Source of the DNA: Bacteroidota bacterium
Lineage (GTDB): Bacteria; Bacteroidota; Bacteroidia; 2-12-FULL-35-15
Reading direction: 5' to 3'
NCBI GenBank assembly: GCA_025963725.1
Contig: JAOQAE010000002.1
Span: 445,221 to 509,220 of the forward strand
DNA length: 64,000 bases
Shown here one piece after another: positions 38,401 to 48,023 of this stretch. Position 1 is the stretch's first letter. The number at the start of each line of letters is the position of its first letter. Below the pieces are notes generated by a model, which did not search any database, had not been told where the DNA came from, and saw only the letters and a program-made list of their open reading frames with translations. Position numbers and translations under genes: made by a program.

Positions 38401-38892
38401 ATGGCTTCATTCGATATTGTAAACAAAGTAGATGCGCAATTGCTGGACAATGCCATCAATGTGGCGCGCAAGGAGATCCTGAACAGGTTTGACTTTCACG
38501 GCTCCAAAAGCGAGATCAATTATGACAAGAAAAACCTGAGCCTGCAGATCCTCACGGAAAATGAGATGCGGCTGGAGGCGATCACCGATGCGATCCGCTC
38601 GAGGATGATCAAGCAGCACCTGAACCCGCTTTGCCTCGATATGGGCAAGGAAACCGCAGCATCGGGAAATATGATCCGGAAAGAGATAAAAGTGCGTGAA
38701 GGGATCGACAAGGAGGTTGCGAAGAAGATCGTGAAGGATATAAAAGATTCAAAGCTGAAGGTACAGGCTTCCATCATGGAGGACCAGGTACGGGTTACAG
38801 CCAAAAAGATCGACGACCTGCAGGCGGTGATCTCACTCATGAGACAAGGCAGCTATGACCTGCCGCTGCAGTTCGTGAATATGAAGAGCTGA
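38401..38892 (+). CDS. yajQ: YajQ family cyclic-di-GMP-binding protein (UPF0234)
   Basis: MASFDIVNKVD...RFDFHGSKSEI N-terminal signature; 163 aa. Confidence 0.8.
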   Translation: MASFDIVNKVDAQLLDNAINVARKEILNRFDFHGSKSEINYDKKNLSLQILTENEMRLEAITDAIRSRMIKQHLNPLCLDMGKETAASGNMIRKEIKVREGIDKEVAKKIVKDIKDSKLKVQASIMEDQVRVTAKKIDDLQAVISLMRQGSYDLPLQFVNMKS

Positions 38893-38898
38893 GCGGTA

Positions 38899-39300
38899 TT
38901 ACTGGCACTGGGCGCCTGCAGAAAGCCAGTAAGGCGGAAGATCCGACTTGCCTGTGACATTCGCTTTCAATACATTGTTGATCCAGATCTTACAGGTATA
39001 CACATGCGAAGTATCATGATCAAACAGAAAAATATTTACATCCGAATTCACATCCCCGCAAAAGTTTGTGCTGTCGGTAAGTGTAAGTGAGGGAGAAATG
39101 AAATTGTGAATATAATCTATCATGTTAATATTAAGATGCACCGAATCGGGGACGGTGGTGCCCGACACCTCGTATTTTACATTCCAGCATCCCTGCGGCC
39201 ATCCAGGGGTTCCCGTACTTGTCCCTGTTTTTAACACAGGATCTTTTTTGCAGGCTGAAAACAGAACAAAAGTAAAAAGCACTATCCCGATTTGTTTCAT
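38899..39300 (-). CDS. hypothetical lipoprotein (133 aa)
   Basis: Lipoprotein signal MKQIGIVLFTFVLFSAC; last gene of the membrane operon. Confidence 0.5.
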   Translation of the reverse strand: MKQIGIVLFTFVLFSACKKDPVLKTGTSTGTPGWPQGCWNVKYEVSGTTVPDSVHLNINMIDYIHNFISPSLTLTDSTNFCGDVNSDVNIFLFDHDTSHVYTCKIWINNVLKANVTGKSDLPPYWLSAGAQCQ

Positions 39301-39321
39301 GACTGAATTTTTTTTTAATTG

Positions 39322-40428
39322 TTATTGTCCAGGCTCTCTCTTCGCGCTCAATAATTTTCTATCCTCAGCTGAGAGATACTGTCTCGCGATCCTGTTCTCC
39401 GGCCTGCGATCGAAGGTGTAAAGCACCAGCAGAAAAAACCACTCCAGGGGCTTCATTAATACGTAAACAGCATCCGCAACCAGCTTGTTATTAAATAAGA
39501 CGTAGTGACGGTGTACAAGGTTGCCTACCTTGTTATAATTATGCCGGACCACTTTATGAATCTTCGGGATCTTCTGCTCCATCAGCTCCTCGAATGCATT
39601 GGAAACAAGCAGCTGCCTGTTGCAGATGATCTTCCCTCCACCCCTTTCACCGTAACGTTCGGGCTTTACAAATCCTTTATGGCCGTTGGCAGCAACCGAG
39701 CATAAGAAATGTCCGCCGCATTCCACGTTATCGCACATATAATCCAGCTGTGAAAATCCATGCTTGTAGGTATCTGTAAATGCCCGAACAATGGAATCGG
39801 GCTTTTGTCCGAACAGCAGCAGCACAGCTGTAACAATCACCATTAACGGCAGGCAGAGCACCAGCAGTACCGGCACCTTCAGGAAAGGATGGAGCTTTAA
39901 CAATTTCCAGGCGAGCCTTACGATCATGCCGCCGGAAGCAGGATCCATATCCCTGCTGTAGAGCATAAACTGCCTGTGATTCTCAACAAGCCGGATGGTA
40001 AAAAGGAAAATAATGGGCATGTTCCATACCGTGGCAACAGGAAATCCCACTTGGTAACAGATCAGAGCGTTGAGCGGAAGAGCGATCAGCAGGAAGCAAT
40101 TGCAGAGCACTTCGAGCACAGGGCTGCCTACACTTTTCTTAAAGCCGGAATAAAAGTAAAAGACCACACACAGGAAGATGAGCACATAAATAGTGAGGCG
40201 GTGCTCTGGCGAAAACACTGCGCTTTCGCTGCAGCAGTCGTTGCTGGCTTCATCGAGAAAGAGCAGGCAGAGAGAAGGATAAACAATAACGGCAGCAAAA
40301 TCCAGGAAGGCCTGCATTTTTTTGTTGTAAAACCTTTTTCCTTTAAAGAGAAAGTATATAAAGTCAATTGTGATCATAAGGCCGGGGATCCAAAAGCAGC
40401 TGGTGATCAGCCAAATGGTTATTTCCAT
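39322..40428 (-). CDS. hypothetical membrane protein with C-terminal soluble Cys/His-rich domain
   Basis: Five or six TM helices, then CDNVECGGHFLCSVAANGH and a C-terminal domain; family unknown. Confidence 0.5.
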   Translation of the reverse strand: MEITIWLITSCFWIPGLMITIDFIYFLFKGKRFYNKKMQAFLDFAAVIVYPSLCLLFLDEASNDCCSESAVFSPEHRLTIYVLIFLCVVFYFYSGFKKSVGSPVLEVLCNCFLLIALPLNALICYQVGFPVATVWNMPIIFLFTIRLVENHRQFMLYSRDMDPASGGMIVRLAWKLLKLHPFLKVPVLLVLCLPLMVIVTAVLLLFGQKPDSIVRAFTDTYKHGFSQLDYMCDNVECGGHFLCSVAANGHKGFVKPERYGERGGGKIICNRQLLVSNAFEELMEQKIPKIHKVVRHNYNKVGNLVHRHYVLFNNKLVADAVYVLMKPLEWFFLLVLYTFDRRPENRIARQYLSAEDRKLLSAKREPGQ

Positions 40429-40430
40429 TA

Positions 40431-40799
40431 TCAGAAAAATTTGGGATAAAAAATAAAAATGCCGATCAGCGCGGCGCCTGCAGCGGCAATAAGCACAGCG
40501 GCAGCGGAAACATCCTTCACCTTTTTAACCTGCGGATGAATATTGGGTGAAACAATATCCGAGAGAAATTCGATAGCCGTATTGAACATCTCCGCCATGA
40601 ACACCAGCACGATCGCGGAAACGATCCAGCACCATTCGCCCGAAGAAAGCCCGGTGTACCAGCCCAGGCAAAGCGCAGTCAGCGCGGCGGTCAAATGCAG
40701 CCAGGCATTGTGCTGTGTTGAAAAGAAGGTACGGAGCCCTTCGAGCGCGAAGCCAAAGCTCTTTATGCGTTCTGCGATGCTAAATCTTTTTTTGTCCAT
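40431..40799 (-). CDS. dgkA: diacylglycerol kinase family protein (DgkA/undecaprenol kinase)
   Basis: 122 aa, three TM; DgkA signature around EMFNTAIE and a GxS-rich C-terminal helix. Confidence 0.75.
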   Translation of the reverse strand: MDKKRFSIAERIKSFGFALEGLRTFFSTQHNAWLHLTAALTALCLGWYTGLSSGEWCWIVSAIVLVFMAEMFNTAIEFLSDIVSPNIHPQVKKVKDVSAAAVLIAAAGAALIGIFIFYPKFF

Positions 40800-41448
40800 G
40801 GCTTTCTGTATTAAAATTCCTGATAAGCGCAGCTAATGTACAATATGCCGCTATTAAAAATAAGGAAAAGAAAAACGTTACGCCAACCATCCTTGTATTT
40901 TGAGTGGGATGCAGCAGCATATTGAAAATATCGGCGAACAGCGCGACCGGATTGCTGATGATGTCCCAGCTGTTCCAGCGGGGATAGCGGCCCAGGTAGA
41001 TCCCGAAGCTGCAGAGGATCATGAGGAAAACGGTAAATGCGTTTACGATCACGGAATTTAAATAAGAGCTAAGAAAACGCCTGACCTCGAAGAGCGACGC
41101 AAAGCCCAGCAGCAGTCCATTCCAGGCGAATGACAGGATCAGCACGAGGTCGAACCACAGCGGGATGCCTTCCTTTGCACGCAGATGGAACAGGTCGGTG
41201 ACGATGTACGGCGAGTTGGGAAAGAACAGCAGCCAGCCTCCGAACAGCAGCAGCATTAAGTATTTCGGCCTCTTGTTCTCCTTCGCTTCTGCGAGAAGCA
41301 CGGAGCAGAGAAATGGGATCCATGCAAGAAAGAGGTTCCATACAAGGAACACGTAGAAGAGATGTCCGCTCCATTGCATGCGCAGGATCAGTAAAAGAAT
41401 ACATAAGGCAGAGGAGATTGCCATTGTTTTAACGAGGCGGTTTATCAT
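40780..41448 (-). CDS. DUF1361-like polytopic membrane protein
   Basis: Six TM; PNSPYIVTDLFHL motif recalled from DUF1361; overlaps dgkA by 20 nt. Confidence 0.45.
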   Translation of the reverse strand: MINRLVKTMAISSALCILLLILRMQWSGHLFYVFLVWNLFLAWIPFLCSVLLAEAKENKRPKYLMLLLFGGWLLFFPNSPYIVTDLFHLRAKEGIPLWFDLVLILSFAWNGLLLGFASLFEVRRFLSSYLNSVIVNAFTVFLMILCSFGIYLGRYPRWNSWDIISNPVALFADIFNMLLHPTQNTRMVGVTFFFSLFLIAAYCTLAALIRNFNTESHGQKKI

Positions 41449-41458
41449 ATTTGCTTTT

Positions 41459-42172
41459 TTATTTTTGTTTTTTATACCTTCTGTAAATTGAAAAGACGGA
41501 GATGAGGATCAGGCCCTGCCCGGCCCAGAACAAGCCCCAGTTGAAGTGGACCGGCACATACTGCCGCACTTCATCGAACATGTTCTTGTTGCTCGATAAG
41601 GTCCATACGCCAATATCGTCGCCATAATTGGAAACATAAATGATGTAATCCCACATGAAGGAAACAATGGCGGTGATGCTTCCGAAGATCAGTAAAAGCC
41701 ATTCGTGAAAGCTGATGAACACCTTCTTTCCCTGCTCCTGGAAGTACACCACCACGAACGTAAGGAGGATCATGGAAAGGGAAACGAGGCATGGCGCTAT
41801 CACCGGGCCAACCCAGGGCACGGGGATCAAAAAGAGAATATCCCATGTGAAAAGTGATTCCGGCCAGCAGAGCAGCACTTTCAGGAACACATAATAAAAG
41901 AGATCCCAGATGGCGAAGGAATACAAAAAGAAAACGAAGCGCTGCAACGGATTTTTTCCGCACATCACTCCTGCTCCTATCAGCATGATGATGGTGGCCG
42001 CTTCGCGCCAGAACTCGGTAACGGCAATATCGCGGGTAACGGGAATGAGCGGGAATTTAAATCCGCCGGGATAGTACAGCTTGCGCAGGTAAACAACCAC
42101 GGAGGTTTCGAGGTAGCCCATAGCGATGCTGAAGATAGTGAGCCAGAGAATTGTTTTGAGGATCGGTTTCAT
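41459..42172 (-). CDS. hypothetical polytopic membrane protein (237 aa)
   Basis: Seven or eight hydrophobic segments; no recognised motif. Confidence 0.5.
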   Translation of the reverse strand: MKPILKTILWLTIFSIAMGYLETSVVVYLRKLYYPGGFKFPLIPVTRDIAVTEFWREAATIIMLIGAGVMCGKNPLQRFVFFLYSFAIWDLFYYVFLKVLLCWPESLFTWDILFLIPVPWVGPVIAPCLVSLSMILLTFVVVYFQEQGKKVFISFHEWLLLIFGSITAIVSFMWDYIIYVSNYGDDIGVWTLSSNKNMFDEVRQYVPVHFNWGLFWAGQGLILISVFSIYRRYKKQK

Positions 42173-42179
42173 AAGCAGT

Positions 42180-44120
42180 TTAGTTAAGTACGTTGCCTTC
42201 TATTTTGACCTGCGGATAAGTATCGCGAAGCAGGTTAAGCCCTTTTTGAGTGATCAGTCCGATTTTCAAATGCCTGAGCTTTTTAAGATCCGAAATAACG
42301 GCAAAGCTCCTGATCCTGTTGTTGCCTTCCATGTTAAGCTCTTCAAGGTTAGGAAGCTTGCGCAGGGAGAAAATATTTACGAGGTCGTTATTGGAAATAT
42401 CGAGGCTTCGCAATTCTTCCATTGCCGGTAAGCGGGTGATGTCCCTGGCCGAGCCATTGATCAACACAAGGCTTCTTAGTTTTGGAAAATAGTGCAGCTC
42501 ATAACAATCGGCGAAAGCAGCACCATTCAGCTCCAGCGAATCGAGGTTGGAAAGATCACGGAGGCTGAGCCCTGAAAAATCCGTTCCTAAGAATTTAAGG
42601 CTCTTTACCTTGTGCTGCTCATTCATTTCAAGGAGCTTCCGGTATGTTTCAGAATCCGAAATATTCATGGAACGCCAGTCTTTGTTATGCATTCTATCCA
42701 TAAAGCCTGACAGCTTCGACGATAATTCTGCCTGGAAATCACGTTCGTCATACAGCGTTCCACCGCTTATATTGCGGTAATTATAATCAGTATCATTCAT
42801 TGTTTCATGCTTTATGGAATCGTCCAAAGACAGCAATTGCGGGAGATTAACATCGGAGAGCGACAGCAGGTAAAATTTATCAAGCGCCTTATCCCTGCTC
42901 AGCGACCTGTTGATATTGAAATTGGTAACCAGCAGATCCCAGTTCACGAAACAGCTGATCACCAGCAGGCCGTAGAACAGCCAGCTGTTTGAACGGAAAA
43001 GGAACCAGTTCGTTTTTGAGCGCATGATCTTCACAAAGGTTGTAACAAGCCCGATGAGCGCCAGCAGCAGCCACACGTACACGCCGATGCGCTTATAGGT
43101 AAGGCTGTATTCATTCACATACAGGCTGTTGCGGAACGCTGTGGAGATGATCATAAAAGCGTTCTGGATGATCCAGGCATACGCAAGCATCTTGATGGTT
43201 TTATTTTTCTCATAAAAATTCACCCTTCCGCGGAAGTAAAACATGATGATGAGAATGGCAATGATGATGGACAGGATCAGCAGGCCTGTGCCCTGGTGCA
43301 CAAAAACAGAATAGCTCATGCCTTTGGGAAGCGTACCATCGCCCCAGAGATAATTCAGGTCGAGCATATTCACCAGCAACAGCAGTCCGTTCAGCAATAT
43401 CAGCAGAATAACGCCGGAGCGCACTTCGTTCTCGATCCCGAGATTGCGCGCAAACCAGGAATCGGTGCGGAGCATGCCCGGGGAAAGGTCATTCGGGATC
43501 GACCTGTCTTTTGCGGCCATTGCCGGAATGGTTTTGTGGTACATGAATCCGTACATGAGGAAGGTTCCTCCAAGCGTAAAGAAGACCCAGCCTGCGGAAA
43601 TAAAATCGAGGTTGATGTTCTTGGTGAATTCGTCGAACAGCGGATTGGAGCCTTTGTATAAAAAGAAAAACACCAGCACAACAGTGAACGGCACAATATA
43701 GATCATGAAGCGTAGAAAAGAAGAATTGCCGGAAGCCGCAGCCACTCTTTTTCCCGCGCGCTCCACGGCATCGAGGATCATGAACACAAAAGATGCGCAG
43801 GTGGAATAAGCGGAGAAGAAAAGTGAAGTGATCACCGAAGTTCCCGGCCCCACGCTGAATGCCGACAGAAGCATTAAGGAGATAATGTTTGCCGTGAGCG
43901 ACAAGCCATTGCCGATGTAGAATACGCAGAATGACGATGCAAGGGCACCTGCCGCTGCAATGAGCCAGGGCTTGTTCCTTTGGAGTGTCCTGTCTTTCAG
44001 CAGCAGCAGGAAAACCAGCAACGCGGAGAAAATAAGGAAATTGATCCCTGTTCCCTGCCTGTAAAATAAAAAGCTGTATGCGAATACCGATGACAGCAAG
44101 ATCCAATCATTCTTTTTCAT
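42180..44120 (-). CDS. polytopic membrane protein with C-terminal leucine-rich-repeat domain
   Basis: About 480-aa multi-TM N-terminal region, then LRR units (LxxLxxLxLxxN, e.g. LRSLDISNNDLVNIFSLRKLPNLEELNMEGN); Met at 44120 overlaps the upstream stop (ATGA). Confidence 0.6.
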   Translation of the reverse strand: MKKNDWILLSSVFAYSFLFYRQGTGINFLIFSALLVFLLLLKDRTLQRNKPWLIAAAGALASSFCVFYIGNGLSLTANIISLMLLSAFSVGPGTSVITSLFFSAYSTCASFVFMILDAVERAGKRVAAASGNSSFLRFMIYIVPFTVVLVFFFLYKGSNPLFDEFTKNINLDFISAGWVFFTLGGTFLMYGFMYHKTIPAMAAKDRSIPNDLSPGMLRTDSWFARNLGIENEVRSGVILLILLNGLLLLVNMLDLNYLWGDGTLPKGMSYSVFVHQGTGLLILSIIIAILIIMFYFRGRVNFYEKNKTIKMLAYAWIIQNAFMIISTAFRNSLYVNEYSLTYKRIGVYVWLLLALIGLVTTFVKIMRSKTNWFLFRSNSWLFYGLLVISCFVNWDLLVTNFNINRSLSRDKALDKFYLLSLSDVNLPQLLSLDDSIKHETMNDTDYNYRNISGGTLYDERDFQAELSSKLSGFMDRMHNKDWRSMNISDSETYRKLLEMNEQHKVKSLKFLGTDFSGLSLRDLSNLDSLELNGAAFADCYELHYFPKLRSLVLINGSARDITRLPAMEELRSLDISNNDLVNIFSLRKLPNLEELNMEGNNRIRSFAVISDLKKLRHLKIGLITQKGLNLLRDTYPQVKIEGNVLN

Positions 44121-44620
44121 AGTGATGATGTATTTAAGTTTAAGAGTTCCAATTGTTTGATATGCCTGTAGCAGAAATACAGCGGGAAGAAGCCAATGAC
44201 GCCGAAAGAGCAATCGATCAGCTGCCAGTAAACGGGAATGTGGCGGATAGGGCCGGCGATCATAGCCAATGGAAAGATCATTACACAGGCGATCATCCCG
44301 AACTGGATGCACCAGATGTTCCTTACGGGATCACGGAGCGGGCCGATGAACACGACCGCGATCACAAGATGCGCAAAGGCCAGCCAGTCGGTGCCATACG
44401 ATAAATACGGATAAGTGTAATTGGTGCTCCGCACGGAAAGATAAATGGTCTGCAGCCAGTTCTGGATCACATGCGGCAATGCCGAAGAGTGAGCGGTAAG
44501 GAATGCCAGCTCCGCTTCGATGGGGAAAGCAGTGATGCCGCTGAGAATGAGAAATACAATGAAGAGGATGATCCAGTTGCGGATCCGCCTTTTAAGCTGT
44601 TGTTCGCTGAGGGTTTTCAT
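44117..44620 (-). CDS. hypothetical membrane protein (167 aa)
   Basis: Four TM segments; translationally coupled to the downstream gene. Confidence 0.5.
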   Translation of the reverse strand: MKTLSEQQLKRRIRNWIILFIVFLILSGITAFPIEAELAFLTAHSSALPHVIQNWLQTIYLSVRSTNYTYPYLSYGTDWLAFAHLVIAVVFIGPLRDPVRNIWCIQFGMIACVMIFPLAMIAGPIRHIPVYWQLIDCSFGVIGFFPLYFCYRHIKQLELLNLNTSSL

Positions 44621-44632
44621 ATACTTTATTTT

Positions 44633-45121
44633 TTATAATGTTTGTTTTGCAATGCAATAGGCTTCCCGGAGCCATGCTGTGTTATGCAGCACCGCGCTGC
44701 TGTAATCCATCTCTGCAAATTCCCCCGATCTTTTTCCTTTCCTGAACGCGTTGTAAAAATCTTTCCAGTGATCGGGCATGAGGAAAATGCAAAGCACTAC
44801 CGTCATGAACACGGGAAATGTATAATGGCGGTTGCCGAGGAACCAGAACTGCATGCAGGCTTCGCCCTGTTCATCCATTTCGTAGCCGAGCAGGATGTGC
44901 TTGCAGTCGTGCCGCACATAGCCAGGAGCCAGCCGGAAGCCCTTCTTCTGAAGATAGTTTGCGAGCTCGTTGCCAAGCGTATGCTCCGGCAGTGCAAGCA
45001 GCTGTTCCATGGTGTATGGAAAGGGCCGGCTGTGCCTTACGCGAAGCATTAAAGGCAATGCTATTTTGTGCGTGAGCAGCTCCAGCAATTGTGATCTTTT
45101 ATTTTTCAGTATGCTGATCAT
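44633..45121 (-). CDS. Coq4-like protein (HDxxH-x11-E zinc-binding motif)
   Basis: HDCKHILLGYEMDEQGE fits the COQ4 family HDxxHx11E signature exactly; about 160 aa. Confidence 0.5.
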   Translation of the reverse strand: MISILKNKRSQLLELLTHKIALPLMLRVRHSRPFPYTMEQLLALPEHTLGNELANYLQKKGFRLAPGYVRHDCKHILLGYEMDEQGEACMQFWFLGNRHYTFPVFMTVVLCIFLMPDHWKDFYNAFRKGKRSGEFAEMDYSSAVLHNTAWLREAYCIAKQTL

Positions 45122-45852
45122 AGGTCGAATGATGAATAAGGCTTTGAAAAAATAAATCCGGAAGATTCCCTGAAAGCTTTGATGATGCTGTCGGCATCCT
45201 GTCCAAGGCTGTATAACAAAGCAACCTGCAGCGCAACTGCGATCGCAAGCAGCGCGGAATAAACCGCGAGCCTTGGCAGCAGGGGCAGCTGGACCACCTG
45301 TAATGGCAAAGGAATAAAGCCGAGCTCTTCGCGGTATGGAAGCAGCTCAGCCGGAACAGCGGCCGTTTGATTGTAGAAATAAAATTCGCGGAGCAGCAGG
45401 AAAAAAGCGACCAGCGGGCAAAGCAGCTCGAAGCCTTGAAAAGGAAAAACGATCCCAAGCACGAAGTAGTTCAGGAAATGAATGCTGCAGGCAAAGCAGA
45501 GGATGATGCCCTGCAGCATGCCTACGGAGAAAAGAATGCGCAAAAAAGGATTGCGTGTTCCGGAAGTTAAGCGGGCGCACCAGAAGGAAGCAGATGAAAC
45601 CATCACGAGCAGGATAATGCTGATCACATGGCGCTTTGAGAATGGCATGTCAAACCCGTACGCATCGAAGCGGCAAAACCCGATCGCAGGCGCTATGAGC
45701 GTAAAAACAAAATCGGCGGTGAGCATGGAAGCCTGGCCGTACCCGCTTAACTGATTATCGTTCCTCTTCATTGTACGGATGGCTGTGACGATCACATACA
45801 GGATGTACAAAATGTAAGGGATGCCGAGAAGGAGCAAAAAAAAGAAGATCAT
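45118..45852 (-). CDS. hypothetical polytopic membrane protein (244 aa), first gene of the operon
   Basis: Six or seven TM; 4-nt overlap with the Coq4-like gene. Confidence 0.5.
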   Translation of the reverse strand: MIFFFLLLLGIPYILYILYVIVTAIRTMKRNDNQLSGYGQASMLTADFVFTLIAPAIGFCRFDAYGFDMPFSKRHVISIILLVMVSSASFWCARLTSGTRNPFLRILFSVGMLQGIILCFACSIHFLNYFVLGIVFPFQGFELLCPLVAFFLLLREFYFYNQTAAVPAELLPYREELGFIPLPLQVVQLPLLPRLAVYSALLAIAVALQVALLYSLGQDADSIIKAFRESSGFIFSKPYSSFDL

Positions 45853-45921
45853 ATTTTTATTTTTTTAATTAAAAGTACTTTGTGTTTCAAAGTTAAAGCA
45901 CAAAAAAAAGGTGCATCATCA

Positions 45922-46221
45922 TTAATCCCTTTGCTTCAGCAGCTTCTCTAATGCATCCAGGTGCTCGTTGAATGCCTTCTTCCCTGCCTTTGTTACCGAG
46001 TATGTTGTGTTCGGCTTTTTGCCGATGAACTGTTTCTGCACTTCAATGTATTCCAGCTTCTCCAGAGCGGAAATATGCGAAGCGAGATTACCATCGGTAA
46101 TGTCGAGCATTTCCTTCATGGAGCTGAATTCCACCTTGTCGTTCACCATGAGGATGCTCATGATGCCCAACCGGATGCGGTTTTCAAATGCCTTGTTTAA
46201 ATGTTGAATATAATTTTTCAA
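45922..46221 (-). CDS. winged-helix transcriptional regulator (HTH_34/ArsR-like)
   Basis: 99 aa; pattern ...LGIMSILMVNDKVEFSSMKEMLDITDGNLASHISALEKLEYIE... typical of small wHTH regulators. Confidence 0.55.
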   Translation of the reverse strand: MKNYIQHLNKAFENRIRLGIMSILMVNDKVEFSSMKEMLDITDGNLASHISALEKLEYIEVQKQFIGKKPNTTYSVTKAGKKAFNEHLDALEKLLKQRD

Positions 46222-46356
46222 GCTGCTAATTACGAATCTATACGAATTTACGAATTGTACTAATTATCATTCTCACTGGATGTCATCCTGAGCGAAGCGA
46301 ATGGATCTTTCCAAACAACCTCCCCGAACTCCTAACGTCTCCCTCCTATCTAACAG

Positions 46357-47001
46357 CTACCCTCTCTCATATTTAAAATACATCACTGCGCCATATATAA
46401 TGTGCAGAATACCGAATCCGACTGCCCAGAAATACAGTCCGTAGCCAATGTACAGCGAAGCCGTTAAGCCAAGAATGATCTCGCAGATCCCAAGATAGCG
46501 AATATCATTGAATGTATATTTACTTGCGTTGATCAGCGACAAACCATAAAAGATGAGCGTCGCCGGAGCGACGAGCCCGATATCGCCGTGATACAGCATA
46601 ATAAGGCAGAACAATCCGCCGGTGCCAAGCGGGATCGCGAGGTTGATCAGCAGCCGCTGCCCGGTGCTGTCCCAGATCCTGAGCCCTTTTTTTCTCGAAT
46701 TGCGCATTGTTAAAAGAGTGCCTACCAGCAGGGAAGCGATCAGCACGCCAGCCGCAACAGAGAACAGGTAAATGATCAGCTCGTTCGCTACTTCCACCCT
46801 GCCGTGGATATCCATCTGAAGCATCGAGCGGTAGTTTTCGGTATAAGAGCCGATCTTCACATACGCGAGGTACGCTCCTATCAGTGCAAACACACCGGCA
46901 AAAACACCGGAAAGGCCGCTCAGGGAAATAAAACGGGAAGAGCGCTCCATCATGGAGCGGATGTCGGACAGTGCCTGTAAATGTTCTTTTTGATCTGCCA
47001 T
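46357..47001 (-). CDS. hypothetical membrane protein
   Basis: Five TM; start taken at MADQKEH (the ORF extends to 47064). Confidence 0.45.
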   Translation of the reverse strand: MADQKEHLQALSDIRSMMERSSRFISLSGLSGVFAGVFALIGAYLAYVKIGSYTENYRSMLQMDIHGRVEVANELIIYLFSVAAGVLIASLLVGTLLTMRNSRKKGLRIWDSTGQRLLINLAIPLGTGGLFCLIMLYHGDIGLVAPATLIFYGLSLINASKYTFNDIRYLGICEIILGLTASLYIGYGLYFWAVGFGILHIIYGAVMYFKYERG

Positions 47002-47207
47002 AGTTAAGGAGCTATTAAAAGTACTTTGTAACGCAAAGTAATGGTAAATTATTGTAAGCGCCAAAAGAAAATGAAATTATTTTTATGACTGTCGGAAAAA
47101 CTGCTCTTATTTAAGGATCGCAATGATGTTCAAATTTATCCTTCTGAAACTCAGGGAGGCGCTGTGGGCGATTATTAAATCCGGCAGAAAAACCTTATAC
47201 TTGTGGT

Positions 47208-47993
47208 ATGGTAAACCTGGCCATTTATACCTTTATAACAGTCCACCTGATCGATGTGGTGGACGTGCTATTGGTGGCGCTGCTCATTTACCAGCTTTAC
47301 TACCTGATCAAAGGAACTGCAGCCATCAATATCTTTATCGGCATCCTCCTCTTCTACCTTTTATGGATCCTTGTAAAAGCCCTGAACATGCAGCTTTTCG
47401 GCAGCATCCTCGGGAAGTTCATCGATGTGGGCTTCATTGCCCTGCTCATCGTTTTCCAGCAGGAGCTGCGGCGCTTCCTGCTTTTCATCGGCACTTCCGA
47501 TATTTTCACCAAAGGGAAGATCTTCGATTTCAAATGGAACATGAACCCCACGCATAAAATGGACATCAACGCCATTGTGAAGGCCTGCAAGAACATGAGC
47601 GAAAGCAAAACCGGCGCGATCATTATCATTACCAGGAACAACGAGCTGAAATTCTACGCAAATACGGGAGATGCCATTGAAGCAAAAGTATCGGTGCGGA
47701 TGATCGAAAGCATTTTTTATAAGAACTCCCCGCTGCACGACGGTGCATTGATCATCTCCGGTAACGAGATCGTGGCTGCCCGCTGTGTGCTGCCTGTTAC
47801 CGAGAACAATGAGTTTCCGGCACACCTGGGCATGCGGCACCGGGCTGCGGTAGGGATCACTGAAAATTCGGATGCGATCGCCGTGGTGGTTTCCGAACAA
47901 ACGGGGGAAATTTCCTTTTCCAAAGAAGGAGAGCTGAAGCATGGCGCTACGCCGGAACGCCTGCGCGAAATGCTTGAAAAAGAGTTTGCGTAG
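47208..47993 (+). CDS. cdaA: diadenylate cyclase CdaA (c-di-AMP synthase)
   Basis: N-terminal TM helices; DAC domain motifs (DGALIISGNEIVAARCVLP, RHRAAVGITE, SEQTGEIS). Confidence 0.85.
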   Translation: MVNLAIYTFITVHLIDVVDVLLVALLIYQLYYLIKGTAAINIFIGILLFYLLWILVKALNMQLFGSILGKFIDVGFIALLIVFQQELRRFLLFIGTSDIFTKGKIFDFKWNMNPTHKMDINAIVKACKNMSESKTGAIIIITRNNELKFYANTGDAIEAKVSVRMIESIFYKNSPLHDGALIISGNEIVAARCVLPVTENNEFPAHLGMRHRAAVGITENSDAIAVVVSEQTGEISFSKEGELKHGATPERLREMLEKEFA

Positions 47994-48023
47994 TACGGAT
48001 AACAATATTGTAATCTGCGCGTT

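Noticed and set aside
47123-47557. 144-aa ORF upstream of and overlapping cdaA
   Set aside because: Different frame from cdaA. Its translation is Pro/His-rich low complexity, whereas the cdaA frame gives the canonical TM-helix N-terminus (VDVLLVALLIYQLYYLIKGT).
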